A stretch of 64,000 nucleotides of DNA from Eledone cirrhosa (taxonomy: Eukaryota), in NCBI GenBank assembly GCA_964016885.1, contig OZ024743.1, positions 290,656,001 through 290,720,000 of the forward strand. The letters run 5' to 3'. The position numbers were made by a program, and so were the translations under genes. Shown here one piece after another: positions 39,461 to 53,600 of the stretch. The notes beneath the pieces were generated by a model that worked only from the letters and a program-made list of their open reading frames with translations, had not been told where the DNA came from and ran no database searches. Position 1 is the first letter of the stretch. Every line of letters begins with the position of its first letter.

Positions 39461-42400
39461 AACCTGTATATTGTTCAATGTAGACAGTCTGACCCTAATA
39501 ACGAATTATAAGGATGAGCAGTTGATATATTATATTTTCTATTGAAACTATAACTAACTTGGAGCAACTGAACATGTGCGTTCATATATTCCGCTTGCGA
39601 GAGAAACGAAAGGTGGTGGAGTGTGCCAAAGAAGCAACAACATCCAAGAATGAGGATCAGTGTGGAGACTCATAAATACTTGGAGTGATCTTTCTTTGAT
39701 AGCAAATGTATCTGGGTAATTCATTGCACAATGTTAGGATGCATGTCTCAGAGATATGTTTCTTGTTTTATTATTGTTGCTTTGTCCAAAATGTCCACGT
39801 TATTAAATACAGATGTTTGCATGCAGAGCCATAAGATAGGCTTTGTATTTGATGATAATATTTTAGACTTTCTTATCTATATTGAGACTTTGTTTTTGTT
39901 TCTCTTCTATGATATCCTTTCGGATATCGTGGCTGTGAATTGGGAGGTCGTTATGAAAATTGTAGATGTATCATTTAAGAAAAGAATTGTAATTTTAAAA
40001 GAAATGTTTAATCTTCATACCATGGTAAGGGGTCAAATTCCAAAATTTCAATGAATACTCGCATAAAAACAATATATAAAGTGATAAATACTGAAAAATT
40101 ACTACAAATCTCTTAACAAACTGTCTATATTCGAAATTATACAGAATAATTCAGTTATATTGTTTTCAGTATAGAATATGAGAGGCATAAAAACACATAC
40201 AATGAAAATTTAAAGGAGGTGTAATATTTGACACAGAAGTGTCAGATTCTTTCAAACGCGCATTCAGTAGAAAAAATATATAAAATAATAGTGACATAAA
40301 CTTTAAGTAATCGATACTCATCAAGGTTGTATCAATTCCTCTAAAATGTATATCCTCTTACCTATTTCATTACTGTTCTTGGAGCGATGGTATACGTAGT
40401 ATTGTTGGGGGACTTTTCATTAATGCTCTGTCATTTTCAAGTTACAGGTATTCGAATGAATTTTCACTAGATTTCCCACGAAAAATTAATGTGAACCTTA
40501 TAAGTCATTTGTTATGTGAAAATTTGAGCAGCAAACAACACTTGAGACTACTCTCTCTTTATCACTCTCTAGGCATGCTTTTTCATGTGACACGATACTT
40601 AGAGATATTTTCCGTATTATTTGTCTTCATCGTGTCTTATATTATTTGCCAATGATGCTAATTTTCTATCATGTATTCATTGTCACAATTGGATGAAACG
40701 CATTGCTGTTGCCGGAAAAATATGGCTTTTACTTTCCTGGCCGAGTTGCCTTAAAATTATTGTCTACATGAAACTCCGTTGTAAATACCGTTTTATTTCA
40801 CTTTGTCGCCCCAACACTTCTGGTAGACTAGCATTTAAATTATCTTCACAGGATAATGTATAGCAACTAGGATTTCTGTTCTTCATGATAGGTCTGAATT
40901 TTAAATGAGAGAAATCAAAATAACATTTACTGCCATATTGGAAACACTGACCTCTGACTATAAATCAACAAATGTAACATATGAGTTATGTATGTGCTCA
41001 TACTGTGCAAAGAGCCTCATAAAATGACAGTAAAGTTTTTCACGGAGGTTTTTACAGATATCCTCATTATTCGTAATCTTATATTGACTTATTTTTATTT
41101 AACTTCGTTCCCCTTATAGTATCACCATCTCTCCTTCAAACGTTGCAGCAAATCTTATCTGCGAACATAGTAACTAAATATTGTTTAGTGGAAGCATGTT
41201 AACTTGCGCAGGTTAGGCAAAAACATGGGTATGGTAAAGTGTATTCTACCAGTATGGCTATATATCACATTATGGAAGGATGTCCCAAATTGTGACACAA
41301 TTACACACAATTTGGCATTAAGCGCGAAAGTCAGATTTGACAAAAATCTCTGTTGAAGATATTAATGTGAATGACAATATCTAAAGAGAGTGTTAATACA
41401 CTATATGCACACGAAGCTAATTCTATACCTACATATAAGCTTTGTGTTTGGGAAGTTTTAGAAATAAAATATAAAATTTTATGATCTTGTTTCCAAATAA
41501 CCCGTTCTTACTCTGTTATTTCTCTGCAAGGAATACGCGACACTATACACGCTATAGTATATCTGGATAATATAACTCTGATAGTACCGGCAAATTCTTA
41601 CAGATGTAATTAACATAGAAACCTGCAATAAGTATAGTTCTTAATTTAATGTAGTTATTACGGTGTTAAACCCAGAATATGATATTGCTTAAAATTCCTT
41701 TTACAATTAAAGACGGTTTCCCAACTTCAGTAAACCGGAAAAAATATCCTTAACATTTTAGTTTAAGATACTTTCACTATCATTGCCTAATTTAATTGCA
41801 TATACCGGACAAAGCTCCAATGTTTCAACGTTGAACATTGAGTATCATTGAGTATTAATTCATTCACATATAACAATATTATTAGCTGATCATTGACAAT
41901 AATTACTACATCATATCAATTACGTATTTTGGAATTTGTACGTCATTGACTTTTATCACTTTCTATGGAAGTATTTAGCTGCGAAACTATCTTCGTGATA
42001 TTAGGATATGTTAAGTTTATGTGATATTTATTAAATTTTGCAAAGGACACCAAAATATCTGATTGGTTATTTAAATACAATTATCCGACAATAAGATATT
42101 CTTATTTCTACTGAGGTATGTATGTTTATATATAACGATGTGTGTCTATGTATATCTGACTAGGTGACAGTTATTATGTGTGTTTCTGTGTGAATATCCG
42201 TAAGTGGCAGAAACATTGTGATCAACCGATGGTAACGGAGCAATTTCATTCGTTTAACAACAGAAGTAACATATTAATAAAACATTAAGGTTAAAGTATT
42301 TGGCAGTAAATTTAACTATGCATATTTATGTGGTGTTGTAGGATTAATCTAGAAGTCATAAGAGTCGTATAATAATAGAGGAAATTTGATTTACAGTACC

Positions 42401-44029
42401 ACTTAGTGTTATATTTATATATTGGTTAGTTACATTCATTGGTGATTGTATATTAAGAATTTTCTACTTTGTTTCAAGCAACTTTGTATTAAGATTTATT
42501 GGCATGATTAAATATAAACCCGACAAATAATTAGATACACACTAGTATCTCACCATGGTCCTGAAATATCTAGTTTTTCAAAGCCGTCAATTCTATTAGT
42601 TTGTTCTGTATTCATATTTACAATTTGCATACACATTTTTTAATACTTCGTAGCAAGTAGCCGACTGTGTTGCGAATATAGACGGGCTTTGTAGAAAATA
42701 TATTAAAAAAAAGTATTTAATTTCGTCCCTGTATGTTCGAAGCTCAGGAACGTCCCCAAACGAAGCTTTCGCTTTTCACTCCCAGATATATATATTAGAA
42801 TGTTTTTAACTCGGCTTTACATATTGCCTGGAAATTTCCATATATAGGACCTCATCAATTTTGAATTCGTAGGGGCATGTATTGTTTATCGAAGCCTGTG
42901 AGAGCCCTATCGACCTACACTATACGTCAATATTTAGGTTCCATATTAGAAAGAAGAACATTCACAAGTTATTCGTCATTTTTCCCAAGAATCATGAATA
43001 CAAGATTTAAATGCATTCATTGCATCCTCTTGTAATTATAAATAATATTTGAGGTATTGCGTACACAATCGATGTAAAGCTAATAATGTTACGTTGACTT
43101 TATGAAGTGAAAATGAAACGGGATTATAATTCTTTGCTTGTTTATTTATCGGACTGTCTTTTAGCCTTCTGATTCCATGAGGAATAATAACACTTTCTTG
43201 TGTGCTTAGATTAAAACGTCTGACGTAAAATCTGAAAAGACAAAATCCACCAACGCGATACTCTTCAATGACGTCAACAAATCTATGAAATGAAATGGCG
43301 TTAGAATTCTCGCCTATATTCCCAAACGCGGCAAGAAAGTGATATCAATCATTTTAAAGAGACCTGATCACTGCATTTAGTAAACGTAATCTTTCTTCGA
43401 ATAGATTATTAAATAGAATTATAGACTCTCAGATGTTACCAGAAACAAGACACTACTATCCCCACATTCTGCTATGTCACGAAATGAAGACAAAACATTG
43501 TTATTAAACATAATTTGAATCAAAGCGTTAGGCAGACAAAATGCAAGCTTTTCCCCAGACCATTTTATTATTTGATAGTGTGATTTCAAAAATGTTTTAC
43601 TACTTTCCTGGGGGTAATATATATTTTCAATGACTTACTCTCCCATACACTTAATAACTAAACACAACCAAATGACTAATAATATGAAGTAAATCTATTA
43701 AAAGTTGTAGTGAATAGACATATTTTGATGTGATCTCAATATTAAGTATCACTTCGAGGCAATATGCAACATAGCTTTTATTTCTAGCTAGATGGAAGAC
43801 TGTAAACTCATCTTAAACGAATGGATAGTCATTTATCTTATCTCTAGATAATATATAATAATGTTAAATATAAAATAACTTTAAACGTGCCCATGTATGA
43901 CACTTCTCAAACAATTAAAACCCACGCAACAACTAATGGTAACGCAAAGCCATAGTTTCTCTAGCCATTTATTTCAACAAGACATCAAAGAAAGAAAAGG
44001 CATTGTAAGAGAAAATGTGAGAGATATAG

Positions 44030-44810
44030 AGGGAGAAAAAAATATCGGATAAATTGATGAGGGCTTCGGCGAAGAATAAATTTTCTGTTTCAGTCCTTTC
44101 AGCCTCATACACTAAAGAACCTCTTTCGCGACAGCCATCAGACAGATGACACCCTGTCTTCCCCCGACCAAAAGAAGATGATGCTCTGAATTTCATACTG
44201 AAGTAAGTCGATAGGAGGATTCATACTATAAAACTCCACTAGACTGTAATTCTCGCACACTGGACGAGTGCATGTAGAACGCTTTCATCACGAACATGTC
44301 CATCTGACAGCATTTCTCTGCCGTTAGAGTTTGCCTCGAAAGGCAATGTCTTCTGGTAGCACTGCTAAACCACAGTGTTCTCGAACATATCCATGGTCAC
44401 CGTCTTGAATGTTCTCCCCAGAACAGACTGTTTAATTCGATTTCGACGATGCCCAGAGTTTCACCGAACACATCATCGCACATGCCGATTACTACTCTAC
44501 TATAGAACGCTAGGTTGCAAAATCTGCTGAGAAGTACGCCCGGTAGAGGGCTGTTAGCACCTCTCAACATTCCAGAAAAAGGTGTTCAGACTATGTGTTC
44601 GGTTGAGCCGTGATTGCAGTCAGAGCTGAACAGCAGAAAATATTGTCACCCAGACGGCGACTAGAGCTGTTCCCCGTTTCCGAATACATGCAGAAGCCGT
44701 AGCCTCAGCCATGGTATACCCAAGCGTCCACGTAGATTCTGTTGGCAGAAGCTGGACTACATCAGCAGTGGAACCTCTCCTTGCTGCAAGAAGTAGAATT
44801 GCAGGTGCTC
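44030..44810 (-). mobile_element. Old L1/Tx1 ORF2 C-terminal remnant
   Basis: Minus strand AKEVL*CMRLKGLK resembles AKEVIWWTRLKGLR of the other copies; GC content is elevated. Confidence 0.6.
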
Positions 44811-45087
44811 TAATTTGGTGAGGAGTAAGAGTGAAAATAAATTGGCAATGGTTTATTATTGGTTCGTAACTGACATTTTTTAACGGTTACACATTTTATT
44901 GTCCCTAACAGGAAATCTTCTAATATGGAGTTTATGCTTTTAATCATTTACCAGGTGAGTAGTGGAACATTCTTCCATGTGAAGGTGGTCAATGACGCAA
45001 AAACGGTTGGCCATATTGATTTCGAGGAATGTACGCTGCAAAACCGTTCCTCGATTATGTAATGGTGTATTTTTTAGAAGCTTGGAA

Positions 45088-45470
45088 TACAAAGTACACT
45101 CAAAAGGTTTTGAGACTTTTTTGTGTCAGGCATTTTTAATTGACGTATGTAACCTTCATTCTAATACCACCTTAATATGTTTATAATAAGCTAACGTGCC
45201 ATATCCTTTCTTTATTTTCAGGTGGAACGTTCAGACTGCTACATTAATTTAAACACTACACGTCATACACGACTTGCCACAGCTGACTGGTTGCACATGA
45301 GGACAACTTGGAAGCTCAACATGCAATAATGTTTCTGTCTAGCTCAGCTAAAAGGCCACAGAAACCTATGGAATTGTCAAAACTGCTTACGGACTAACTT
45401 TCATGAATCGGGTGATTGTTTTCCGTTGGCACAAGATATTCCAGTAGGGCAAGGAGCAGGCGAGGCAAAG
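45088..45470 (+). mobile_element. mariner 5' remnant (HTH region)
   Basis: KATETYGIVKTAYG..FMNR.IVFRWHKIFQ*GKE resembles the mariner N-terminal HTH. Confidence 0.7.
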
Positions 45471-47091
45471 AGAGATATATCAGAACGCTAAAATTGGTCA
45501 TTCATGACGATCTGAACATGCGCAAAGTTTTGTGAATGAAGATCAATGACAGGCGTGCTGATGACAGCAGAGAGATCTTCGAGTGGCTCGCTTGAAATAC
45601 ATCTGTCGTTGAGTCTCTGATAACCTGTGAGCCCAAGAGACAACTTACTCAGTGCATTGAATTTGAAGGATCCAACTTGCAAGATTGTTTTCATGATCTA
45701 AGTTAAATACATGTATCTGATGAAAGTCTCAACATCTCTTGAGTGTTTTTGGTATATGAGGAATGGGTTTCGTATATGAGAACACTGACTTACAATCCCT
45801 TACGAGATCAATATAATGAAGTATTAGTAAAGTACGGTTAACTGCTGAAATAGGGAATCGGAAGCGTTGCCTTCAGATATTTTACCAGTTTTATGCGTTT
45901 TTGGTTAGAACATGTGCATTACTAGTTTGTTATACATAATACTGAGCTCGGCATATTACCATCACGAAGATCTTCGTTGTTGACAGTGGAGTCAAATCTT
46001 CCGCAAGAATTCTAACGTTACATCTCTTTTGATTATAACCTCCTATCCCCTTCGAAAGAGATTTAGAAATTGAGTTTTTACTCCAGTTCTGAACAGTAAA
46101 AGGAAAATGTCATGTTTCCTGTCTCAGTTTGAGATTTTGCCGTCTGTTCTCTGTTCGTAACATCCAATTCTCGCAACTCCCGGAAGAATGCGGATTTGAC
46201 CCCAGCAAACACAGAACCAGTCCAAATATCTCAGAGATCCCTGTCGGACTTGAACAATTCATCCAAATCACTTCTCTTAGACAGTTACTGAGTTTAATAA
46301 CTCCGAAGAGATAAAAGGTAAAATTGACTGCGGCAAGATTTGAACTCAGGGCGCAGAAAAACGAAACACATACCAATGCTTTTCAAACGAAAATCTAACG
46401 ATCCATTGGCATTCAAAGTGGCTTTGAAACGATTGACGTGACTCCTAAAGGAGTAAGAGGAGGAAGATGTATGTCACCTTCAGTAGTAGGTCTGTTTATA
46501 GTAGATAGCATTAACATATGTTCTATAGAACCGTTATATATGCGAAACAATGGAATGTAGATATCAGTCACAAAACATTAGACGTTGGATGTAGATTAAT
46601 AACGTTTGCATTGGTAGCCAAATACTTTATCTAATCACTTCTTTCGCATTTTCTAATTAAAAACAACCCACACGCATTTTAAACAGGGAATTAACTAACG
46701 GACAGTTTTTGATTACAGTTAGGTGGCATGAACAATTTAGCCGTGACAGTGATATGGTACGAGAGTGTGACCCGTCACCCTGTTAAGAATTCGATTTGTG
46801 ACGCCAACTTTAAACAAACAAAATCCGAAAAAAACAAACAATAAAAATATCCATGGCTTCATTTTAAAGATAGCAATAAATTTGTGTTGGGTTATGAAAT
46901 TAAGCTGCAAACAATAATTAAAAATGTATAGAAAATGAATGAATAAATAAAATCGTCAGCAGAAATGATTTAGCAGAGTTTATTATTATGATTATTATTA
47001 TTATCGTTATCGTTATTCCTTGAATCTCAGTCATTGATGTTGGTTAACTGGAAAGTCCGTTGGATTGAATATCAAGCCACTACCTGCAGAC

Positions 47092-49020
47092 TCAGATATT
47101 CAGGACGTATCGGAGGGTTCTTGCCGTTCCAAGCAAGCATGCCTTTTGAAGCGTTCCAAAAAGCGTGAAGGGGCCGATTTTCTTTAACCATCCCTGGAAA
47201 CCTTTGGAGATAGTCCCCAGTGCGCCTATGACAATCGGGATCACTTTGACTTCATGGCAGTTCCAAATCCTTTTCACCTCCCACTTTAGGTCCTGGTATC
47301 GGTTAATTTTCTCCCTCTCCTTCTCTTGCACTCTCGTGTCGAACGGGCAGGCCACATCCACAATCAGGCACGATCTTTTTTCTTTGTCCACAACCACCAG
47401 GTCAGGTCTATTGTGTTCCAGTTTTTTGTCCGTCTGTATCCTAAAATCCCACAGCACCTTCACCCGACTGTTCTCCATCACCGCCTCTGGCCTATGCTCA
47501 TACCATTTCTCAGAATGTGGTAGATTGTTTACTTTGCACAGGTGCCAGTGGATCACCCTGCCCATCACATCGTGTCTCCAGCCCTTATAGTGGGTCTGGG
47601 ATAGGTGTTTACACTCGGACACAATGTGAGCCACAGTCTCCTCTCTCTCTCCACAGATCCTGCACAGTGGGCTAGCCTCCTCCTTGTAGATATGGTGCTT
47701 CAACCACTTCGTTTTGAGGGCCTGCTCCTGCGCAGCCATTACCATTCCTTCTGTAGCCTTTTTGAGGTCTCCTCTTCTCAACCAGTTCCATGTCTGTGGA
47801 TCTCTAAATTCAGTTTTCTCAAAGAAGGTACTATGAAGGGATTTTCCCTTAAGGCTGCTCTTCCACCTTGATGTTATTTCCTCCTTGGGTATCCCCTGGC
47901 CTACTGTCCCCTCCTTCAGTACAGCTCTGAGCATTGGCTCCTTACTATAGGTCACGTATTTGTATAGGTTGTTTTTCTCCATCTGAACACAGTCCTCTAT
48001 GCTGATAAGACCTCTTCCACCCTCAGATCTCCTTAGGTAGAGTCTATCGACATCACTCCTCTTCTGGAACATGTTGTAGATAGTCAATAGCTTCCTAGTC
48101 TTCCTATCCATTTCTTTTTGTTCAGCAACATTCCATCTCAGAATTCCCGCACTGTACCTAATAATAGACACAGCTCGGGAATTTACTGCGCTTATGGCAT
48201 TTCTGCTGTTCAGATGTGACTTCAATACGCTCCTTACTCTCCGAATGTATTCAGTTCTTAACAATTCCTTCATTTTTTTGTTCTTTATGCCATCAGCCTC
48301 CAGAACGCCCAAATACTTGTATCCTTCCTCAGAGTCAATTTCCTTTATCATCTCACCTGTTGGTATCTGGATCCCGTTACTTCTGCTCAACCTACCCCTC
48401 CTCATCACAATGACTCCACATTTACCAATACCAAACTGCATACATATATCACTGCTGAAAATACGGACAGTGTCAACAAGCACATCCAACTCCTTCTCAC
48501 TTTTCCCGAAGAGCTTAAGATCGTCCATGAAGAGGAGGTGATTGATGGTAAGCTCTCCCCTTCCCAACTTGTATCCTGCTCTCACTTTTCGCAGCATAAT
48601 GGTCAAGGGCATCAGGGCAAGGACAAACAACAGAGGGGACAGGCTATCTCCCTGGAAGATACCTCTCTTGATCTTCACGCTTCCCAAGGATACTCCAGTT
48701 GATGTCAACTCTGTCTCCCAGGACCCCATACTCCTGCCCAGCAACTGTCTGATGTTATCTGCCACCCTGAAGATCTCCAGGCTTTTGGTGATCCAGGAAT
48801 GAGGCACCATGTCAAATGCCTTTCTGTAGTCTATCCATCCCATGGCAAGATCAGTGTGTCTCCTCCCGCAATTCCCCATTACCATCTTATCAATAAGCAA
48901 CTGGTCCTTTGTACCACGTGACTTCTTTCGGCATCCTTTCTGTTCGTCCGGCAACAAGTTGTTTGTGTGGAGGTGATGGTAGATTTCCTCAGACACAATG
49001 CTCGTCAACAGTTTCCACAT
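47092..49020 (-). CDS. Dong/R4 RT + zinc finger + restriction-like endonuclease (C-terminal 642 aa, open)
   Basis: Uninterrupted ORF with the motifs listed above. Confidence 0.9.
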   Translation of the reverse strand: MWKLLTSIVSEEIYHHLHTNNLLPDEQKGCRKKSRGTKDQLLIDKMVMGNCGRRHTDLAMGWIDYRKAFDMVPHSWITKSLEIFRVADNIRQLLGRSMGSWETELTSTGVSLGSVKIKRGIFQGDSLSPLLFVLALMPLTIMLRKVRAGYKLGRGELTINHLLFMDDLKLFGKSEKELDVLVDTVRIFSSDICMQFGIGKCGVIVMRRGRLSRSNGIQIPTGEMIKEIDSEEGYKYLGVLEADGIKNKKMKELLRTEYIRRVRSVLKSHLNSRNAISAVNSRAVSIIRYSAGILRWNVAEQKEMDRKTRKLLTIYNMFQKRSDVDRLYLRRSEGGRGLISIEDCVQMEKNNLYKYVTYSKEPMLRAVLKEGTVGQGIPKEEITSRWKSSLKGKSLHSTFFEKTEFRDPQTWNWLRRGDLKKATEGMVMAAQEQALKTKWLKHHIYKEEASPLCRICGEREETVAHIVSECKHLSQTHYKGWRHDVMGRVIHWHLCKVNNLPHSEKWYEHRPEAVMENSRVKVLWDFRIQTDKKLEHNRPDLVVVDKEKRSCLIVDVACPFDTRVQEKEREKINRYQDLKWEVKRIWNCHEVKVIPIVIGALGTISKGFQGWLKKIGPFTLFGTLQKACLLGTARTLRYVLNI

Positions 49021-49195
49021 TACGGGCAGACATGTGTGTTTGTTTGTTTATGTGTGTCCGTATACAGCGTGGTGATAATGCCACACAAGGGCCAAGTGGG
49101 ATGGCGGATCCACAGATGGCTATGTAAACATACATTCGCCAATCCTCGATAAGAGTGTTTAAATATCGAACATAAACAGTTCGAATAACGGTGAA

Positions 49196-50500
49196 ATGGA
49201 GACTAGAACGTCATGTGACAGACTCTCACCCAACAGGTGCCCCCTGGCTCAGCAGCAGGAACCTGACTGTCAACCAAATACTGCTGATGTTGGAGGAAGA
49301 AGAAGAAGGAAAGGGGCCAGAACCAACTGGACGAAAGAATTGAATAGAACTGTTATGCAATGCTACCTGAAAAGTAACCCCAAGGAGAGGGGCTACAGGA
49401 GACGGATGCATAACATCTGGAACGAGATTGGTTTATTTAAATTAGATGAACAAAAATTGGCCGGGCAGGCTCGGGTAATAAGAACTAATGGGTGGATAAG
49501 CGAGCTGGAGCTGGAGGAACTGAGCAGAGAGAATGGCTTGGAGATGGCGGGTGTAGTATGCCAGACAAGCGAGCCGGCGGGAAATGAAGGTGAGGAGGTC
49601 CTGAGAACGGAGGAACCACCCGAAGCAGACAATGATCTGAATACTGAGATAAATAATAACTGGAACAGAGAAACGGCCACTGAGGAGATGAATGCTGACG
49701 GGCTAGGACAAGATTCGGTTGACATCCTAAATTTAGTGGTAGATGAGTTGAACAATGATAGTGGGAGACCTATGAACCTAAGATTTGTAGACAGGAAAAA
49801 GTTAAAAGAAACAACAGCTAAGGTAAACAAAGTCATCCCATACCTTGAGGCGAGGAGTCTTCACCAGTGCAACAATATCCTCAAAGCAACAGCAAATACG
49901 GTGAGGAAACTACTTGGTATAAAAGCGAGAGGAAACAACAGACAAGAAAGAGCAGAGCCGTGGTGGAAGAAGCGACTGAGTGGGCAAATCGGGGAAATGA
50001 GAAATGACATAGGAAAGCTTGAGTCACTACTGAATGGGACACTAAAAAACATAGGCACTAAAAATAGACTGGAAATAAAATACAAAACTAGGAGTAAAAA
50101 GCTAAATATTATCATAGAGGAATTGAAGCAACGCATTGTAGCAAAGAGTGCCAAAATCAGGCGATACGAGAACAGAGTCAGTCAGTATAAACAGAACCGC
50201 ATGTTCGACAACAACCAGAAGATGCTGTTTGGACAGCTTGAGGGGAAAGAAAGAGGCAACGACTTGATCCCTGGGGCGGAACAAGCTAAAACATTCTGGA
50301 GAGGAATATGGGAGCAGGATGTTAGACACAATGCCCAGGCAGGGTGGATTGAGACAGTACAGAGGGAGATCGGTGAGCAGGCACAGCAACAGACTGATTT
50401 GAGTATCACAGTTGAAACTCTTAAGGGGCAAGCCAAAAAACTAACCAACTGGAAATCACCAGGCCCAGATGGTGTGCAGGGTATTGGATTAAACATTTAA
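49196..50500 (+). CDS. Dong/R4 N-terminal region (inverted segment)
   Basis: WTKELNRTVMQCY...GYRRRMHNIW, PWWKKRL, KIRRYENR, FWRGIW and WKSPGPDG; frameshift near 50483. Confidence 0.88.
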   Translation: METRTSCDRLSPNRCPLAQQQEPDCQPNTADVGGRRRRKGARTNWTKELNRTVMQCYLKSNPKERGYRRRMHNIWNEIGLFKLDEQKLAGQARVIRTNGWISELELEELSRENGLEMAGVVCQTSEPAGNEGEEVLRTEEPPEADNDLNTEINNNWNRETATEEMNADGLGQDSVDILNLVVDELNNDSGRPMNLRFVDRKKLKETTAKVNKVIPYLEARSLHQCNNILKATANTVRKLLGIKARGNNRQERAEPWWKKRLSGQIGEMRNDIGKLESLLNGTLKNIGTKNRLEIKYKTRSKKLNIIIEELKQRIVAKSAKIRRYENRVSQYKQNRMFDNNQKMLFGQLEGKERGNDLIPGAEQAKTFWRGIWEQDVRHNAQAGWIETVQREIGEQAQQQTDLSITVETLKGQAKKLTNWKSPGPDGVQGIGLNI

Positions 50501-50607
50501 CATCCCTCCACCCGAAGCTGACGGCCATGTTCAATGACTGCTTGGTGTCGGGTGAGGTGCCAGAGTGGTTGACAAAAGGTACCACAGTTCTGATAATGAA
50601 AGACCGA

Positions 50608-50645
<38 letters not shown>

Positions 50646-50647
<2 letters not shown>

Positions 50648-53600
50648 CTTGAATCTCAGTCATCGATGTTAGTTAACTGGAAAGTCCGTTGGCATGAATA
50701 TCAAGCCACTACCTGCAGCCTCAGATATTCAGGACGTATCGGAGGGTTCTTGCTGTTTCTAGCAAGTATGCCTTTTGAAGCGTTCCAAAAAGCGTGAAGG
50801 GGCCAATTTTCTTTAACCATCCCTGGAAACTTTTGGAGATAGTCCCCAGTGCGCCTATGACAATCGGGATCACTTTGACTTCATGGCAGTTCCAAATCCT
50901 TTTTACCTCCCACTTTAAGTCCAGGTATCGGTTAATTTTCTCCCTCTCCTTCTCTTGCACTCTCGTGTCGAATGGGCAGGCCACATCCACAATCAGGCAC
51001 GATCTTTTTTCTTTGTCCACAACCACCAGGTCAGGTCTATTGTGTTCCAGTTTCTTGTCCATCTGTATCCTAAAATCCCACAGCACCTTCACCTGATCGT
51101 TTTCTATCACCGCCTCTGGCTTATGCTCATACCACTTCTCAGAATGTGGTAAATTGTTTACTTTGCATAGGTGCCAGTGGATCACCCTGCCCATCACATC
51201 ATGTCTCCAGCCCTTATAGTGAGTCTGGGCTAGGTGTTTACACTCGGATACAACGTGAGTAGCAGTCTCCTCTCTCTCTCCACAGATCCTGCACAGTGGG
51301 CTAGCCTCGTCCTTGTAAATATGGTGTTTCAACCACTTCGTTTTGAGGGCCTGCTCCTGCACAGTCATTAACATTCCTTCTGTAGCCTTTTTAAGGTCTC
51401 CTCTTTTCAACCAGTTCCATGTCTGTGGATCTCTAAATTCAGTTTTCTCAAAGAAGGTACTATGAAGGGATTTTTCCTGAAGGCTGCTCATTCTCCTTCA
51501 TGTTATTTCCTCCTTGGACATTCCCTGGCCTATTGTCCCCTCCTTCAGTACAGTTCTGAGCATTGGCTCCTTACTATCAGTCACGTATTTGTGTAGGTTG
51601 TTTTTCTCCATCTGAACACAGTCCTCTATGCTGATAAGACCGCTTCCACCCTCAGATCTCCTTAAGTAGAGTCTATCGACACCACCCCTCTTGTGGAACA
51701 TGTAGATAGTCAATAGCTTCCTAGTCTTCCTATCCATTTCTTTCTGTTCAGCAACATTCCATCTCAGAATTCCCGCACTGTACCTAATAATAGACACAGC
51801 TCGGGAATTTACTGCACTTATGGCATTCCTACTGTTCAGATGTGACTTTAACACGCTCCTTTCTCTCCTAATGTATTCAGATTTTATCAATTCCTTCATT
51901 TGTTTGTTCTTGATGTCATCAGCCTCCAGAACGCCCAAATACTTTATCCTTCTTCAGAGTCAATTTCCTTTATCATCTCACTCGTTGGTACCTGGATTCC
52001 GTTACTTCTGCTCAACTTACCCCTCTTCATCACAATGAATCCACACTTACTAATAGCAAATTGCATACATATATCAATGGTGAAAATACGGATAGTGTCA
52101 ACAAGCACATCCAACTCCTTCTCACTCTACCCGAAGAGCTTAAGATCGTCCATGAAGAGGAGGTGGTTGATGGTAAGCCCTCCCTTTCCCAACCTGTTTC
52201 CTGGTCTCACTTTTCGCAGTACACTGGTCAGGGGCATCAGGGCAAGGACAGACATCAGAGGGAAGATACCTCTCTTGATCTTCACGCTTCCCAATGGTTC
52301 TCCAGTTATGTTAATTCTGTTTCCCAGGACTTCATACTTTTGCCCAACAACTGTCTGATATTATCTGCCACCCTGAAGATCTCCAGGCTTTTGGTGATTC
52401 AAGAATGAGGCACCATGTCAAATGCCTTTTTGTATTCTATCCATCCCATGGCAAGACCAGTGTGTCTCCTCTTGCAATTCCTCATTACCATCTTATCAAT
52501 AAGTAACTGGTCCTTTGTACCACGGGTCTTCTTTCGGCATCCTTTCTGTTCGTCCGGTAACAAGTTGTTTGTGCGGAGGTCATGGTAGATTTCCTCAGAC
52601 ATAATGCTTGTCAACAGTTTCCACATTACGGACAGACATGTGATAGGTCTATAGTTGGTAACATCATTACCCTTGATTCGGTCTTTCATTATCAGAACTG
52701 TGGTACCTTTTGTCAACCACTCTGGTACCTCATCTGACATCAAGCAGTCATTGAACATGGTTGTCAGTTTCGGGTGGAGGGATGTTATATTTCTAAACCA
52801 ATACCCCTGCACACCATCTGGGCCTGGTGATCTCGAGTTGGTTAGTTTTTTGGCCTACCCCTTAGGAGTTTCAACTGTGATACTCAAATCAGTTTGTTGG
52901 TGTGCCTGTTCACTAAACTCCTTCTGTACTGTCTCAATCCACACTGCCTGGTCATTATGTTTAACATCCTGCTCCCATATTCCTCTCCAGAATGTTTTAG
53001 TTTGTTCCGCCTCAGCGATCAAGTCGTTGCCTCTTTCTTTCCCTTCAAGCTGTCCAAACAACATCTTCTGGTTGTTGTCGAACATGCGATTCTGTCTATA
53101 CTGGCTGACTCTGTTCTCGTATCGCCTAATTTTTGCACTCTTTGCTACAATGCGTTGCTTCAGTTCCTCTATGATAATATTTAGCTTTTTCCTCCTAGTT
53201 TTGTACTTTATTTCCAGTCTATTTTCAATGTCTATGTTTTTTAGTGTCCCTTTCAGTAGGGACTCAAGCTTTCCAATGTCATTTCTCATTTCCCTGATTT
53301 GACCACTCAGTCGTTTCTTCCACCAAGGCTCTGATCTTTCTTGTCTGATGTTTCCTCTCGCTTTTATACCAAGTAGTTTCCTCACCGTATTTGCTGTTAC
53401 TTTGAGGATAGTGTTGCACTGGTGAAGGCTCCTCGCATCAAGGTATGGGATGACTTTGATTACGTTAGATGTTGTTTCTTTTAACTTTTTCCTGTCTACA
53501 AATCTTAGGTTCATAGGTCTCTCACTATCATTGTTCAATTCATCTACCACTAAGTTTAGGATCAAATCTTGTCCTAGCCCATCAGCATTCATCTCCTCAG

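Larger units (their letters stand above)
47016..50609 (-). mobile_element. R4/Dong-clade LINE family 1, near full-length, with the 5' ~1.6 kb inverted
   Basis: 47016-49036 (-) encodes RT ([18 protein letters not shown]), CCHC ([15 protein letters not shown]) and RLE (RPDLV...DVACP...EKINRYQDL). 49037-50609 (+) holds the 5' UTR and N-terminus. Bounded by (ATT)n. Confidence 0.95.

Noticed and set aside
40380-40860. Possible piggyBac transposase remnant on the - strand
   Set aside because: Weak resemblance only; no TIR or TTAA boundary was found.
45553-45612. CTGATGA...GAAA spacing resembling an HHR
   Set aside because: No stem I pairing and no repeat context; likely chance.
47165-48802. Plus-strand ORFs overlapping the Dong, RTE and Tx1 coding regions
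   Set aside because: They are antisense shadows of the LINE ORFs with no recognisable motifs.
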